From a virus, in the IMG/VR virus record IMGVR_UViG_3300022699_000302, positions 1 through 64,000 of that record: DNA of 64,000 nucleotides; one strand, given 5' to 3'. Below the pieces are notes generated by a model, which worked only from the letters and a program-made list of their open reading frames with translations, was not told the DNA's origin and ran no database searches. The position numbers were made by a program, and so were the translations under genes. Below, one piece after another: positions 63,114 through 64,000 of the stretch (position 1 is the first letter of the stretch; every line of letters starts with the position of its first letter).

Positions 63114-63638
63114 CTATCGGGGTCTGGGTATTTGTTGGAATAGCTTTTCGATCTTCAGAAGAGCCTCTCGAGCTTGGTCGGCTCGATCTAGTGATGTCAC
63201 GGGCCGGCGGATGTTCTCGAGAGTCGTGATTGCGGTTTCCAGAATGTCGTAGATCTTCGCCATAACCTTTGGGTTGTGGGCTTCAATGAATAGCCCGTCT
63301 TCTTCCGCCATGACGACATAAGGCCCTTCGGTGTGAATTACATCAGTCCCGTAATCTTCAGGATCAAGCCGGATCTCGAAGTGTCCGACTCTGCGGTGGT
63401 ACCCCGGCATCTGGGTCACTACGCCTCCGCCATAACGCATCAACCAAGCTCCCGGGGACGCCGAGGAGACTCTCGCCCGCTGCAGGTCAATCCACTCGTG
63501 AAGAGTCACCTCTACTTTGTAATCGAGAGAGGCTTCAGCGGCGGCAGTACACTCGACGCACCAATGCCGTTCTCCATCCCAACCCCCGATAGTATGTCCT
63601 TCGATACCACAATCCGGTACTGGTTTCATTGAGTCCAT
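63114..63638 (-). CDS. Hypothetical protein
   Basis: 174 aa, AAGGAG RBS. Confidence 0.68.
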   Translation of the reverse strand: MDSMKPVPDCGIEGHTIGGWDGERHWCVECTAAAEASLDYKVEVTLHEWIDLQRARVSSASPGAWLMRYGGGVVTQMPGYHRRVGHFEIRLDPEDYGTDVIHTEGPYVVMAEEDGLFIEAHNPKVMAKIYDILETAITTLENIRRPVTSLDRADQAREALLKIEKLFQQIPRPR

Positions 63639-63763
63639 GGTTTATCTACTCCTTGGGATTGGTATCTCCTCTGGTTTCTTGTCTGAACTTGCCCTCCATC
63701 TCTCGGGTCACTAGGTCTTCTTCGTCGATGGAGCAGTGTCGTATGCACTTTTCATGGGGTCCT

Positions 63764-64000
63764 TTAGTTTAGTGAAGAGGAATCGAACGGATCGGCGTTG
63801 AAGTGCTCTACCTCGATTGGTGAAGCGGAATGCATCTCGACGATGTCGATGACGTCCTGATCACGAAACCCGTAATCGATCTTGAGCTTCTCGAAGCAAC
63901 CGCGTACCGTATCCCCCTCTTCTAGCCCTACGGTGAGCATGATCGGGCCAGTAGTTGACTTCTCGAAGTTGATGATCAGAACCCTCTTGAACGCGGAGTC
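63764..64000 (-). CDS. Hypothetical protein, 3' part only (starts beyond window)
   Basis: Open frame DSAFKRVLIINFEK..SSSLN* from window end. Confidence 0.6.
   Translation of the reverse strand, partial: DSAFKRVLIINFEKSTTGPIMLTVGLEEGDTVRGCFEKLKIDYGFRDQDVIDIVEMHSASPIEVEHFNADPFDSSSLN

Noticed and set aside
1-64000. Alternative genetic code (stop-codon reassignment)
   Set aside because: TAA, TAG and TGA all end well-formed genes, and conserved enzymes are intact under code 11
1-64000. Eukaryotic giant virus origin (E1 enzyme, DUF5661-like domain, NLS-like Lys tracts)
   Set aside because: Shine-Dalgarno sites, overlapping coupled genes, intrinsic terminators, DnaG/DnaB/PolA and tail genes indicate a prokaryotic tailed virus

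Overview
This 64 kb window is an internal segment of a large (probably jumbo, contractile-tailed) bacteriophage genome: densely coding, standard genetic code, Shine-Dalgarno sites and intrinsic terminators. Minus-strand blocks carry replication genes (family A DNA polymerase, partial; gp32-like SSB; primase; DnaB-like helicase; degenerate DnaC-like protein; stand-alone DnaA C-terminal domain) and many hypothetical genes. Plus-strand islands carry virion genes (tail chaperone pair with a -1 slippery site, tape measure, tube/baseplate-like and hub proteins, tail fibres, glycine-zipper proteins) and a thymidylate operon (dcd, TSCPD, tmk, thyX). Two candidate undescribed systems stand out. (1) At 46.7-54.0 kb, 13 near-consecutive, highly divergent genes all end in a WW-x-(H)-x2-(F)-x-E-(L/M/I) motif. 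(2) At 7.6-12.4 kb, a four-gene cluster pairs a clear ThiF/E1 enzyme with a papain-like Cys peptidase candidate and two proteins ending in Gly, suggesting a phage ubiquitin-like conjugation system. Recurrent cis-elements were also found by eye: a 23-bp dyad (7 copies at gene 5' ends), a GGCCTAAG(A/G) promoter-like motif (9 copies), TAWACT -10-like boxes, and terminators sharing a TTTCTTTT(T)A tail. All functional calls come from motif recognition only; no database searches were run.
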